From the NCBI GenBank assembly GCA_028826165.1, contig JAPDFW010000078.1:124001-188000 (forward strand): a stretch of DNA of 64,000 nt, in the 5' to 3' direction. Each line of letters starts with the position of its first letter. Position 1 is the stretch's first letter. This DNA comes from Anaeramoeba ignava BMAN. Taxonomy: Eukaryota; Protista; Anaeramoebae. Made by a program: the position numbers and the translations under genes. Shown piece after piece: positions 24,426 through 38,200 of this stretch. Below the pieces are notes generated by a model that was not told the DNA's origin, searched no databases, and saw only the letters and a list, made by a program, of their open reading frames with translations.

Positions 24426-26205
24426 AAAATTAAACAAATTTTTTGATTTTGATTTTGATTTTGATTTTGATTATTAAATTTTTTAATTAATAAATCAAAT
24501 AAATTTGGATATGTTTGATTTAATTGAAAATAATCAATTCCAATTTTAATTTCATCAATCATTTCTTGTGTAATTTTAATTCCATCTTTAATTTGATTTG
24601 AATAAATCCAATATTCAAATATTTGGAAATGATTTATTACTTAATTCACTATAATCTGTAACTTTATTAGATTTATCTTCAGTTACAGATAAAAACATTC
24701 CTCGATATAATTCACTTCTCATTATTAATATTAATTTAGGAAATTTATATTCTTTTTCTTTTCTTTCAATAATAAAATCTTTTTCATTTTCATTTAAATA
24801 AATTCTTTTCATTGTTTCTTCAATTTTTTCATTTGAATTTATAATTTCTTTAATTTCTAAATATAATTTTGGATTTATTATTCTGTTTGAATAAATCATT
24901 TCAAATATTTGATTTGATTCTTTAATTGATTTTTTTGAAATAATTTCTTTAAGTTTTTCAATTTCATTTTCATCTTTTAATCTATATTTTAATATTAATT
25001 TATGAGCTTTAATTATTTCTCCATTTTTGGTTTTAAATGAAATATTACAAAATTCTTTTCTTTCAAATAATTTTATCAAATCTTCTTCAATATTGGAAAA
25101 AGAAGAAAGAAAAGGAGAATAATAAAGAAATGAACTGAAATATCCACAAGAAACATGATAATTGGAAATATCTTCATTAAATCTTAATTCAGGAAGTTTG
25201 ATTTGAATTGATTTTGTTTGATTATTTGTATCTCCAGTTCCTAATTGACCATAAGTATTATTTCCAAATACTATTAATTTTGAATTAGATGTTAAAATCA
25301 AAGTATGTTCAAATCCAACAGAAATCTCAAGAATATTATCATTTTCAAATAAAGATGATTTGATTTCAGTAAATTCATAACTATTTGTTCCAAGTCCATT
25401 ATATCGAGACCATCCACATGAATAAAGTTTTCTTTTTGGATTTTGATTTTCATCTTTCAATCAACATTATTGAATGATAATATCCACATTGAATATCAAT
25501 TATTTTGCCTTTTGGAATATTTTGGATTTTGGTTAATTTTTTGATTCTTGTTTCTTCTTTTCTTGATTCTCCTAATCCAACTTGAGTATCACCATTATAT
25601 CCGCATACAAATAATTCTTGATTTGAATTTAAAAGAAAAAGATGATTTGAAGAATTTCCTGAAAATATTTTAGAAACATTTTTCATCATTAAAATTGGTT
25701 TTTCTGTTTTTTCAAGTGTTTCAGAATCAAAACCAAGTTGACCCCAATAATTTGAACCAATTCCATAAGCATTTTGATTTGAAGTTAATAAATAAGTTGA
25801 ATAAGCTCCAGAAACAACATCTTTAATTACTCTATCATTTATATCTTCAATTAATGATGAAATATTGATAAATTCATTTGGATTTTCTGGATTTATAACT
25901 TTTCCTTTGGCAAATACATTTCCTTCTTTTGTTAAAATAGCTTCATTTTCAAAACCAACAGTTACTTTTTGAATATTTTCAATTTGGATTTTTGAAGGAT
26001 TTTTTTTTGAATATTCTATTGCTTTTCCATTTTCAAAAAGGAAAATTGTTGAGAAACCTCCTGATGAAATTTGTTTAATTTGTTTTTCATTTTCATTTTC
26101 ATTTTCATTTTCAAATTTAAATTGAATTGGTTTTGTTATTTTATTTGGTTCATTTTTGATAAGTTTTGGAAATTTGTTCCAACCAAAAAATAAACATTCA
26201 TTCAT
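24426..26205 (-). CDS. RCC1-repeat + BTB protein (paralogue 4), frameshifted near 25455 and 24625
   Basis: ORFs 25450-26205 and 24615-25460 together align with paralogue 5. Confidence 0.8.
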
Positions 26206-26359
26206 TTTTTGAAAAGAAAAAAATGAAAAAATGAATTTTGATTTTAATTTTAATTTTAATTTTAATTTTGATTTTGATTTTAATTTTAATTTTAATTTTA
26301 ATTTTAATTTTAATTTTAATTTTAATTTTAATTTTAATTTTAATTTTAATTTTAATTTT

Positions 26360-28114
26360 AATTTTGATTATTAAATTTTTAATTAATAAATCAAATAAAT
26401 TTGGATTTGTTTGATTTAATTGAAAATAATCTATTCCAATTTGAATTTCATCAATTATTTCTTGTGTAATTTGAATTTCATCTTTAATTTGATTTGAATA
26501 AATCCAATATTCTAATATTTGAAACGATTCATTACTTAATTCACTATAATCTGTAACTTTATTAGATTTATCTTCTGTTACAGATAAAAACATTCCTCGA
26601 TATAATTCACTTCTCAGTATTAATATTAATTTAGGAAATTTATATTGTTTTTCTTTTCTTTCAATTATAAAATCTTTTTCATTTTCATTTAAATAAATTC
26701 TTTTAATTGTTTCTTCAATTTTTTCATTTGAATTTATAATTTCTTTAATTTCATAATATAATTTTGGATTTATTATTCTGTTTGAATAAATCATTTCAAA
26801 TATTTGATTTGATTCTTTAATTGATTTTTTTGAAATAATTTCTTTAAGTTTTTCAATTTCATTTTGATTTTGATTTAATCTATATTTCAATATTAATTTA
26901 TGAGCTTCAATTATTTCTCCATTTTCTGTTTTAAATGAAATATTACAAAATTCTTTTCTTTCAAATAATTTTATCAAATCTTCTTCAAGATTGGAAAAAG
27001 GAGGAGAAGAATAATAAATAAATGAAGTGCCAAATCCACAAGAAATATGATAATTGGAAATATTTTCATTAAATCTTAATTTAGGAAGTTCAATTTGATT
27101 TGGAATCGATTTTGTTTGATTATTTGTATCTCCAGTTCCTAATTGACCATAAGTATTATTTCCAAATACTATCAATTTTGAATTAGAAGTTAAAATCAAA
27201 GTATGTTCAAATCCAACAGAAATCTCAAGAATATAATCATCATCTTCAAATAAAGATGATTTGATTTCAGTAAATTCATAAGTATTTGTTCCAAGTCCAT
27301 TATATCGAGACCATCCACATGAATAAAGTTTTCTTTTTGGATTTTGATTTTGATTTTCATTTTCAATCAACATTATTGAATGATAATATCCACATTGAAT
27401 ATCAATTATTTTACCTTTTGGAATATTTTGAATTTTGGTTAATTTTTCGATTTTTGCTTCTTCTTTTCTTGATTCTCCTAATCCAACTTGAGTATCACCA
27501 TTATATCCGCATCCAAATAATTCTTGATTTGAATTTAAAAGAAAAACATGAATTGAAGTATTTCCTGAAAATATTTTAGAAACATTTTTCATCATTAAAA
27601 TTGGTTTTTCTGTTTTTTTAAGTGTTTTAGAATCAAAACCAAGTTGACCAAAATGATTTGAACCAATTCCATAAATATTATGATTTGAAGTTAATAAATA
27701 AACTGAATAAGCTCCAGAAACAATATCTTCAATTATTCTATCATTTGTATCTTCAATTAATGATAAAATATTGATAAATTCTTTTGGATTTTTTGGATTA
27801 ATATCTCTTCCTTTTGCAAATACATTTCCTTCTATTGTTAAAATAGCTTCATTTTCAAAACTAACAGTTACTTTTTGAATACTTTCTTCAATTTGGATTT
27901 TTGAAGGATTTTGATTTAAATATTCTATTGCTTTTCCATTTTTAAAAAGGAAAATTGTTGAAAAACCTCCTGTTGAAATTTGTTTAATTTGTTTTTCATT
28001 TTCATTTTCATTTTCATTTTCAAATTTAAATTGAATTGGTTTTGTTATTTTATCAGGTTCATTTTTGATAAGTTTTGGATATTCATTTCTTCCAAAAAAT
28101 AAACAATCATTCAT
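26360..28114 (-). CDS. RCC1-repeat + BTB protein (paralogue 5)
   Basis: ORF 26198-28114; the KIKIKI tail is run-through into the (AAAATT)n spacer, and the real stop is probably near 26360. Confidence 0.88.
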
Positions 28115-28174
28115 TTTTGAAAGAAAAAAATGAAAAAAAATGAAAAAATGATTTTGGAATTTTATTTTTAATTT

Positions 28175-29905
28175 TTAAATGAAATAAGTCTCAAGTTCAT
28201 CAACAACCCATGAATTAAAAGAACCGGCTAAGTAATTTTTTGCTTCATTTGTATTATAATCAATTCCATTAGGTAGATTATAACTATTGCCAAAATCTGA
28301 ATAACCAGATTGTAAATTAGATTTTAAACCAATATCGCCATTATGTCCAAATCTTGGACCAGAACTAGAAAGATAATAAATTGCATATTTTTCTTGACCT
28401 TGTTTAATGGTAAATTTATTTGGTTCTCGATCTCCTTTATCATTTCTTAACGAAAAAATAAATGCATTTGAATCACTAATCCATTCTCCACTTGTTGATT
28501 GTTTAAATCCAACTTGAGTAAATCCTCCAAAAATAAAATTATCTTTTGTTTTTATAATAACTAATGTTTTTCCTTTATCATCACAAATATCATGCCATTT
28601 CTTACAATCAAATCCGTCTCTTTTTGCTGAAAATCCTTTTTTCATTTTATAAAAAAAATTATTATCATTTATCCATTCTTGTAATTTCTGAGTATATTCT
28701 TCTTCTGTAACAATTTCTGAATCTGAAAGAATTTTGAGTTTTCTCGCTTCCTTTTTCATTTTCTCAACTTCTGATTTCAAATTTTGATTCTCTTTTTCTT
28801 TCTTTTGATTTTCAAATTTCAAATCTTGATTCTCTTTATCTTTCTTTTGATTTTCCAATTTGATATTTTGATTCTCTTTATCTTTCTGTTCATTTTCCAA
28901 TTTCAAATCTTGATTCTCTTTTTCTTTCTTTTGATTTTCAAATTTAATTGACTTAATCCTTTTATCTCTTCTTTTGATTTTCTTTTCTTTCTCTTTCATT
29001 TCTTTCTCTTTAACCTGAATAACCTTGTTTTGAATATCAATTAAAAAGGAATTTGGAAGAAAATTATTAAATTGATTTAATTTATCAAAATCTTGTTTTG
29101 AAATTGAATCTTTATCAAATAATGAAAAAAAAGAATGAAATAATCTCTTCTTTTCAATTTCCTTTTCTTTTTCTTTCTTCAATTTTAATCTCTTGTTTCT
29201 TTTTTTAACCCAATTATTTAAAAATTCAAAAAAATCAAATTGAAAAATTTCTTTTTTTTCTTGTTTAAATTGAATAAATTTGATAACTTCTTCTTTAGTT
29301 AAATTGAATAAATTCTCATTTTTCTGAATTTGGGAAAAATTTTGATTTATTAATTCAAAACATTTCATTTCAATTTCTTTTAATTTTAAATTTCGATTTT
29401 GGAAAAAAAATTGGAAAAAATTTGAATAATTAATTGAATTTGAAATTTTTTTTTCAAGAATTTTTTTCAATAAATTTAATTGAAAATAAATTGAAATTTC
29501 CATTAATTGGAGAAGATTTTCTTGATTCTCAAAAGAAATATCTCCATGATAAATATAACTCAAAATTGATTTCATTTCTTTTTTATTAAATTGCCTCAAA
29601 AAAATATCCTCAGTTCTTTTTGTTCCTTGTAAAAAACCATGAAAAAAAGGAGATCTTGAAGATAAAATTGATTTATGAACTTTAAATTCAAAAGGATTTG
29701 ATTTATTCTCAACAAAAATTGAAAAATCTTTAAATGAATTTTCTTTTAAAAGGTTTGAATAATCTTCAGCCAAATTTTTTGTTACTTTTTTTTCTAAATT
29801 TTTCATTTCATTTTCATTTTGATTTTGATTTTCATTTTGATTTTGATTTTGATTTTCATTTTGATTTGCATTTTCAATTTCAATTTGATTATTATTATTA
29901 TCCAT
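28175..29905 (-). CDS. BTB/POZ + coiled-coil + TLDc domain protein
   Basis: BTB (FKDFSIFV...FKVHKSILSSRSPFF) and TLDc (FSAKRDGFDCKKWHDICDDKGKTLVIIKTKDNFIFGGFT...DSNAFIFSL...GPRFG...VDELETY). Confidence 0.92.
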   Translation of the reverse strand: MDNNNNQIEIENANQNENQNQNQNENQNQNENEMKNLEKKVTKNLAEDYSNLLKENSFKDFSIFVENKSNPFEFKVHKSILSSRSPFFHGFLQGTKRTEDIFLRQFNKKEMKSILSYIYHGDISFENQENLLQLMEISIYFQLNLLKKILEKKISNSINYSNFFQFFFQNRNLKLKEIEMKCFELINQNFSQIQKNENLFNLTKEEVIKFIQFKQEKKEIFQFDFFEFLNNWVKKRNKRLKLKKEKEKEIEKKRLFHSFFSLFDKDSISKQDFDKLNQFNNFLPNSFLIDIQNKVIQVKEKEMKEKEKKIKRRDKRIKSIKFENQKKEKENQDLKLENEQKDKENQNIKLENQKKDKENQDLKFENQKKEKENQNLKSEVEKMKKEARKLKILSDSEIVTEEEYTQKLQEWINDNNFFYKMKKGFSAKRDGFDCKKWHDICDDKGKTLVIIKTKDNFIFGGFTQVGFKQSTSGEWISDSNAFIFSLRNDKGDREPNKFTIKQGQEKYAIYYLSSSGPRFGHNGDIGLKSNLQSGYSDFGNSYNLPNGIDYNTNEAKNYLAGSFNSWVVDELETYFI

Positions 29906-30054
29906 TTTGTTTTTTGTTTTTTAAAAAAAAAAGGAAAAAAATGAAAAAAATTTAAATAAAAAATATTTTTTTCCTTTTTTTGGAAATTAAATTTATATAA
30001 AAAATGAGAATAAATTTAAATTAATAATTAATTTAATTTTCTTTTTTATTTATT

Positions 30055-30550
30055 ATTTTAAATTAATTTATAAATTAAATATTAAATTAAATCTATTTTC
30101 ATTTTTTATATTTATATGTTAAATATTTAAATAATAAAATATTTAAATCTAAAACAATAAATTATTATTTTAATAATAAAATTAAATATTAAATTATATT
30201 TTTAAATTAATTTATAAATTAAATATTAAATTAAATCTATTTTCATTTTTATATTTATATGTTAAATATTTAAATAATAAAATATTTAAATCTAAAACAA
30301 TAAATTATTATTTTAAACATAAAATTAAATATTAAAAATTAAATATTTTTAAATTGATTTATAAATTAAATATTAAAAATTTAAATCTATTCTTATTTTT
30401 ATATAAAATTTTATATTTTAAAATATTTGAAATAATAAAATATTTAAATCTAAAACATTAAATTATTATTTTAATAATAGAATTAAATATTAAATTATAT
30501 TTTTAAATTATTTTATAAATTAAATATTAAATTAAATCTATTCTTATTTT
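30055..30550. repeat. About 145-bp AT-rich tandem repeat, about 3.3 copies
   Basis: Units begin near 30061, 30205, 30351 and 30506 (aattaatttataaattaaatattaaattaaatctatt...tctaaaaca). Confidence 0.8.
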
Positions 30551-30555
30551 GTCAA

Positions 30556-30884
30556 GAAAATGAAAAAGATTTTATAATTGAAAGAAAAGAAAAACAATAT
30601 AAATTTCAAAATTAATATTAATAATGAGAAGTGAATTATATCGAGGAATGTTTTTATCTGTAACAAAAGATAAATCTAATAAAGTTACAGATTATAGTGA
30701 ATTAAGTAATAAATCATTTCAAATATTTGAATATTGGATTTATTCAAATCAAATTAAAAATGAAATTCAAATTACACAAGAAATAATTAATGAAATTAAA
30801 ATTGGAATTGATTATTTTCAATTAAATCAAACAAATCCAAATTTATTTGATTTATTAATTAAAAAATTTAATAATCAAAATTAA
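30556..30884 (+). pseudogene. 5'-truncated RCC1-BTB fragment (C-terminal BTB only)
   Basis: Starts abruptly at ENEKDFIIERKEKQYKF directly after the 145-bp repeat, has a frameshift at about 30607 and lacks the RCC1 part. Confidence 0.7.
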
Positions 30885-30977
30885 AATTAAAATTAAAATT
30901 AAAATTAAAATAAAAATTCATTTTTTCATTTTTTTTCTTTCATCAAAAATTTTTTTTCATTTTTTTTCTTTTCAAAA

Positions 30978-32765
30978 ATGAATGAAATTTTATTTTTTGG
31001 TTTAAATCAACTCCCAAAACTTATCAAAAATGGACCAAATGCAATAACAAAACCAATTCAATTTAAATTTGAAAATGAAAATGAAAATGAAAATGAAAAT
31101 GAGAATGAAAAGCAAATTAAACAAATTTCAACAGGAGATTTTTCAACAATTTTCCTTTTCAAAAATGGAAAAGCAATAGAATATTTAAAATATTCAAAAC
31201 AAAAATCCTGAAAAAATCCAAATTGAAGAAAATATTCAAAAGTAACTATTGGTTTTGAAAATGAAGCTATTTTAACAAAAGAAGGAAATGTATTTGCAAA
31301 AGGAAGTTATATTAATCCACAAAATCCAAATGAATTTATCAATATTTCATCATTAATTGAAGATACAAATGATAGAATAATTGAAGATATTGTTTCTGGA
31401 AGAAGTTCAATTTACTTATTAACTTCAAATCAAAATGTTTATGGAATTGGTTCAAATGAAGAAGGTCAACTTGGTTTTGATTCTGAAACACTTAAAATAA
31501 CAGAAAAACCAATTTTAATGATGAAAAATGTTTCTAAAATATTTTCAGGAAATTCTTCAATTCATGTTTTTCTTTTAAATTCAAATCAAGAATTATTTGG
31601 ATGCGGATGGAATGAATATGGTCAAGTTGGATTAGGAGAATCAAGAAAAGAAGAAGAATCCAAAATTCAAAATATTCCAAAAGGCAAAATAATTGATATT
31701 AAATGTGGATTTTCTTATTCAATAATGTTGATTGAAAATGAAAATGAAAATGAAAATCCAAAAAGAAAACTTTATTCATGTGGAGATTATCGATATAATG
31801 GACTTGGCCAAAATGAGAAAACTTATGAATTTACTGAAATCAAATCATCTTTATTTGAAAATGATGATAATATTCTTGAGATTTCTGTTGGATTTAAACA
31901 TACTTTGATTTTAACATCTAATTCAAAATTAATAGGATTTGGAGAAAATTTATATGGTCAATTAGGAACTGGAGATACATATTGGAATCAATTAATTCCA
32001 ATTCAAATTGAACTTCCTGAATTAAGATTTAATGAAGATATTTCTAATTATCATATTTCTTGTGGATATTTCAGTTCATTTCTTTATTATTATTTTCCTC
32101 TTTTTTCCAATCTTGAAGAAGATTTGATAAAATTATTTGAAAGAAAAGAATTTTGTGATATTTCATTTAAAACCAAAAATGGAGAAATAATCAAAGCTCA
32201 TAAATTAATATTGAAATATAGATTAAATCAAAATCAAAATAAAATTGAAAAACTTAAAGAAATTATTTCAAAAAAATCAATTAAAGAATCAAATCAAATA
32301 TTTGAAATGATTTATTCAAACAATTCTAAAATAAATCCAAAATTATATTCTGAAATTAAAGAAATTATAAATTCCAATGAAAAAATTGAAGAAACAATGA
32401 AAAAAATTTATTTAAATGAAAATGAAAATGAAAAAGATTTTATAATTGAAAGAAAAGAAAAACAATATAAATTTCCCAAATTAATATTAATAATGAGAAG
32501 TGAATTATATCGAGGAATGTTTTTATCTGTAACAGAAGATAAATCTAATAAAGTTAGAGATTATAGTGAATTAAGTAATAAATCATTTCAAATATTAGAA
32601 TATTGGATTTATTCAAATCAAATTAAAGATGAAATTCAAATTACACAAGAAATGATTGATGAAATTCAAATTGGAATTGATTATTTTCAATTAAATCAAA
32701 CAAATCCAAATTTATTTGATTTATTAATTAACAAATTTAATAATCAAAATCAAAATCAAAATTAA
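30978..32765 (+). CDS. RCC1-repeat + BTB protein (paralogue 6), frameshift near 31200
   Basis: ORF 30978-31211, the intervening frame and ORF 31518-32765 form one gene; the break lies in an A-run. Confidence 0.82.
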
Positions 32766-32791
32766 AATTAAAAAAAAGAAATTTTCAATTT

Positions 32792-34647
32792 CTAATTTTC
32801 ATTATCATTATAAGTTCCAAATTTTTCATTAAATTCTTTGCACTTTCCTAAATCATCAGAAGAAACACTTGGTCTAACTCTTTGGAAAGCATTTTGAAAA
32901 TCAGAAAATAAGATTGGACGAACAGAATTAGCATCAATATTACAAATATCTCCTTTGATTTCTCTAATTGGACCAAGTGCAGCTTCTCTGCATAAATAAT
33001 ACAAATCTGCACCAGAATAACCTTCAGATAGAATTCCAATTTGAGAAATATCTTCATTTGATAAATTATTTTTATATTTTTTTTCTGAAATCAAATTTTG
33101 GATTAAAGTGACTCTTGCTTCTAATTCTGGAAGCGGAATGAAAATTCTTTGAGAAAATCTTCTTCTTGCTGCTTCATCCAATTCATGAGGACTAAATAAT
33201 TCATAAATAGTAAATAATAAATAAAAAATAATAAATATTTTGAAATAATTTTGGAATGCATTATTTATTGTTCAAATTCCTACCGATTTGTTGCTCCAAC
33301 TACAAGTAATCTTTCATCTGGGTTTGAAGATATTCCATCCATTCTCAGAAGAAATTCAGTTTTCATTCTTCTACTTGATTCAAAATCACCTTCTGCACGT
33401 TGACAAAGAAGAGAATCAACTTCGTCAATAAAAATAATAGAAGGTTGATAACATTTTGCAACCTCAAACAAAGCTCGAACCATTTTCTCGCCTTCTCCAA
33501 TCCATTTACTCATTAATGAGCTTGCCGAAACACTAAAAAAAGTGCATCCAGCTTCATTTGCTAAAGCTTTGCATAACATAGTTTTCCCAGTTCCTGGAGG
33601 ACCAAAAAGTAACAATCCTTTTGGTGGTCCGCGTAATCCTGTGAAGATATCTGGTCGCATCATTGGCCAAACAACAATTTCCTTCAAACACATTTTGGCA
33701 AAATGCAGACCTGCAATATCTTTCCAGGAAACTGAGTGAACTGAATCCAAAATTTCAAACCGAACTTGTTCAATCATTTTCGGATCTATTCCTTTTAGTC
33801 TTTCATCTGCTAATAAATTTTCCAATTCTTCATCATCAACTCCATTTGATTTGTTTTTTTCACTTTTTTTTGTTTTCTCCTTATCGTTTTTTTTGTTCTG
33901 AAAAATTGGTTTTAAAAAATTTCGTTTTACACTTGGATGTTCTACAAATTTTGAATTTTGATAAACTTTTTGATAATAAGAATCAGCCGTTCGATTTTTT
34001 TTGCTTGCATTAATTACTAATTGTTCATGAGCCGAAATAAATTCATCATTTTGATTTTCATCTTCATTTTCATTTAAATTTTGATTTTCATCTTCATTTA
34101 AATTTTGATTTTTATTCAATTTTCTATTTTGATTTTTATATTTATTTAAATTTTGATTTTGATTTTGATTTTGATTTTGATTTCCATTCAATTTTCTATT
34201 TTGATTTGGATTTTGATTTGGATTTTGATTTTGATTTTGATTTTTTCTAATTTGATCCAATTTTTCAATTTCTTTTTTTTTTTCATAATTTTTTTTCATC
34301 AATTCATTTTCTCTTTGTGAAATTGATATAATTTCTTGTAATGAAGGATCCAAATATTCAAAAATATCATTCAATCCAAATTGTTCATTTTGTTGCAAAA
34401 GCATTTGATTATTAAATTGTGAATTTAATGATTGTAAATCTGAATAATTTAATTGATTTTCAATTTCTTTTCTTTTTTCAAGTTGAAAATTAATTAATTT
34501 TTGTTTTAATTCTGGTTCAATTTCTTGTGATAAAATATGTGTTAAAGTTTGATCAATTTTGTTTAAATTTATAAAAGGATTTTGATTTTGTTGGTCTTGA
34601 TTTAATAAACTTAATTCTGTTAATAAAGTAAATAAACGAGAATCCAT
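32792..34647 (-). CDS. FIGNL1: Fidgetin-like 1 AAA+ ATPase, 2 exons
   Basis: Exons 34647-33284 and 33191-32792 join as ATNR|[64 protein letters not shown] (Walker A), [11 protein letters not shown] (Walker B), Vps4_C-like end. Confidence 0.88.
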
Positions 34648-34766
34648 TTTAGAAAAAAAAAATGAAAAAAAAAATGAAAAATTTTTTTTCTTTTTAAACT
34701 GTTTTTTTTTTTTATTTTTTTCTTTTTTTTATTTTCATTTTTTTTCTGTTTTATATTTTTTAATCA

Positions 34767-35228
34767 ATGCAAATTAAATTTCTTTTACTTTTTATCCTTT
34801 TTACAACCTCTTTTTGTCGAATTACACATTTTAAAATGAAAAATCGAAATACAAGTGATATCTTCTTAGATCATTTTGGTTTCAATAAAAATGCTCATAT
34901 CAAATTTCAAATTAATTATCTTCAGGTAGTTTTTTGAACTCAGCAAACAAAAACTAAAACCAAACAAAAATTTATTTATAAATTTAATTATATATTTATT
35001 TAAATATTTAATTATATATTTATTTATATATTTACTTATAATTTTTATAAATTTATTTATATATTTATTTATTTATTTATTTATTTATATTTATTTATAT
35101 ATTAATTTATATATTTATTTATATATTTATTTATAAATTTATTTATATATTTATTTATAAATTTATAAATTTATTTATATATTTATTTATATATTTATTT
35201 ATATATTTATTTATATATTTATTTATAT

Positions 35229-35275
<47 letters not shown>

Positions 35276-38200
35276 TATATTTATTTATATATTTATTTAT
35301 ATGTATTTATATTTATTTATATGTTTATTTATTTATTTTATTTATATTTTTTTTTATATATTTATTTTATATATATTTATTTATAAATTTATTTTATATA
35401 TTTATTTATAAATTTATTTATATATTTTATTTATTTTATATGTTGTATTTATTTTTTATTTATAAATTTATTTATATTTTTTTTATAAATTTTTTTATAT
35501 TTATTTATATGTTTGTTTTATATATTGTTTATATATTTTTTTATATATTTATTTATATAATTTATTTATATATTATTTATAATTTATTTATATTTATTTT
35601 ATATATTTATTTATTTTATTTATTTATTTTATTTTATATTATATTTGTTATATGTTATTTATATAATTTATTTATTTTATATATTTATTTATTTATTTGT
35701 TATATATTTATTTTATTTTATATATTTGTTTATATATATTTATTTTATATATTTATTTGTTTTATATATATTTTTTTTATATATTTATTTATATATTTGT
35801 TTTTTATGTATTTTTTATATTTATTTATATATTTTATATATCCATATTTATTTTATATATTTTATTTTATATATTTGTTTTTTATTTATATATTTATTTC
35901 ATTTTATTTATTTATTTATATATTTTTTTTTATTTTTTATTTATTTTATTTTATGTTGTTTTTATTTATATTTATTTTATATGTTTTTATATTTATTTAT
36001 ATATTTTATTTTATATTTATATGTTTTATTTATTTATTTTGTTTATTTATGTTATTTATATATTTATTTATATATTTATTTTATTTTTATATATTTAATT
36101 TTATATAAATTTTATTTTATATATTTATTTTATATATTTATTTATATATTTTATTTTTTATATTTAAGATATATTTTATTTTATATATTTTTATTTATTT
36201 ATATTTATTTTGTTTAATTTATATATTTATTTATATATTTAATTATATATTTATTTTATATATTTATTTTATATGTTTATTTATATATTTTTGTTTATTT
36301 TTATTTATTTATTTATTTATTTATTTATATATTTATTTTATATATTTATTTATATATATTTATTTTATATTTTTTTTATTTATTTTATTTTTATAATTTT
36401 GTTTATAAATTTATTTATATATTTTATTTTATATATTTTTATATATTTTTTATTATATATTTATTTATTATATTTTTTATATATTTATTTATATATTTAT
36501 TTATATATTTATTTATATATTTATTTATAAATTTTTTGTATTTATTTATATATTTATTTATAAATTTATTTATAAATTTTATTTATATATTTATTTATAA
36601 ATTTATTTTTTATTTATTTATATATTTATTTATTTTATTATATTTTATTTATTTTATATATTTATTTCATTTATATTTTATTTATTTATTTATTTATCAT
36701 ATTTTATTTATATATTTGTTTATATTTATTTATAAATTTATTTATATATTTATTTATATATTTTTGTAAATTTATTTTATATAATTTATTTTATATATTT
36801 ATTTATATAAATTTATTTATATTTATTTATATATTTATTTTATATATTTATTTATATATTTATTTATATATTTATTTTATATATTTATTTATATATTTAT
36901 TTATAAATTTATTTAAATTTTATTTATTTTATTTATATATTTGTTTATATATTTTATTTATTATTTTTTATATATTTTATTTATTTATTATATTTCATTT
37001 TATATATTTATTTATATATATTTATTTATATATTTATTTATATATTTATTTATATATTTATTTATATATTTTATTTATATATTTATTTATATATTTATTT
37101 ATATATTTATTTATATATTTATTTATATTTATTTATATATTTATTTATATATTTATTTATATATTTATTTATATATTTATTTATATATTTATTTATATAT
37201 TTATTTATATATTTATTTATATATTTAATTATATATTTATTTATATATTTATTTATATATTTATTTATAAATTTTTTATATATTTATTTATTTAATTTAA
37301 CCAAAATTTTAATAATCAAGTTCGGAGAAAAATTTTCACATTTTGTTCCAATAGATATTGGATTTGTATTTCAGAAAATTGATGATCCTAGATATGATCC
37401 TGGAGATTGGCCTGCATGTCCACAAGCTTTTGAACGTAATTTTGCAATTATCGCAAAACAAGAAGAGTGGAAAAAAGGATTTATTTGGGAAACAACAATA
37501 AATGAAACTCAAGAAGGAGAATATTATATTTATTATTTAAATTGTGAGAATGTTGGAGTTTCTTTTGATGTATTTTTTTTTGAATTGATTATTTTTTTTT
37601 TGGATTGATTATTTTTTTTTTAAATTGATTATTTTTAGTTTGTTATGACTTTATATAATGAAGGTCCTAATTATCTTAGTTCCAATCAGTTTTCTTTACC
37701 AGGAATTTATTTGTTCTTGCTTTTCTTATATTTAAGTTTTACTTCATTATGGACCTTTTTTATTTTTACTAATACAAAGTATTTTTAATCATTCATCTTT
37801 TAAATATTTTAATTTAAATGTAATTTTATTAGACAAAATACAGTTAATAGAATTCATCTTGTAATTACGATTCTTCTCGTTTCTCAAACTTTATCATCAT
37901 TTTTCAGATCAATTGAATATTATAATATTAAAAGCACAGGACTTCCAAAAGCATGGAATTATCTTCGTTATATTTGTGGAATGTAAATATTTTTTAACAA
38001 GAAATTAAATTTTAAAAAACAAAAAACCCTAATTTATTCCGATTTAGGTTTAAAGGAATTTTAGCTTTTTTTATTTTGTTTTTGATTGAATTTCGAGATT
38101 CTTCTATTCATCGTTTTTTCTCTTTAAAAGAAAAAATTTTTTTTTTATCCCTCGTTTCAATTCAATCATTAGATTATCTTTTACTCAGTTCTCTATTTCA

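Noticed and set aside
18110-31210. Frameshifts in RCC1-BTB genes as programmed frameshifting, phase variation or pseudogenes
   Set aside because: Most fall in homopolymer or microsatellite runs at inconsistent positions, typical of long-read consensus errors; cannot be distinguished without reads.
35440-37228. Long hydrophobic FIYLFIY ORFs
   Set aside because: Translations of the intronic (TATT)n array within GPR107-like A; not genes.
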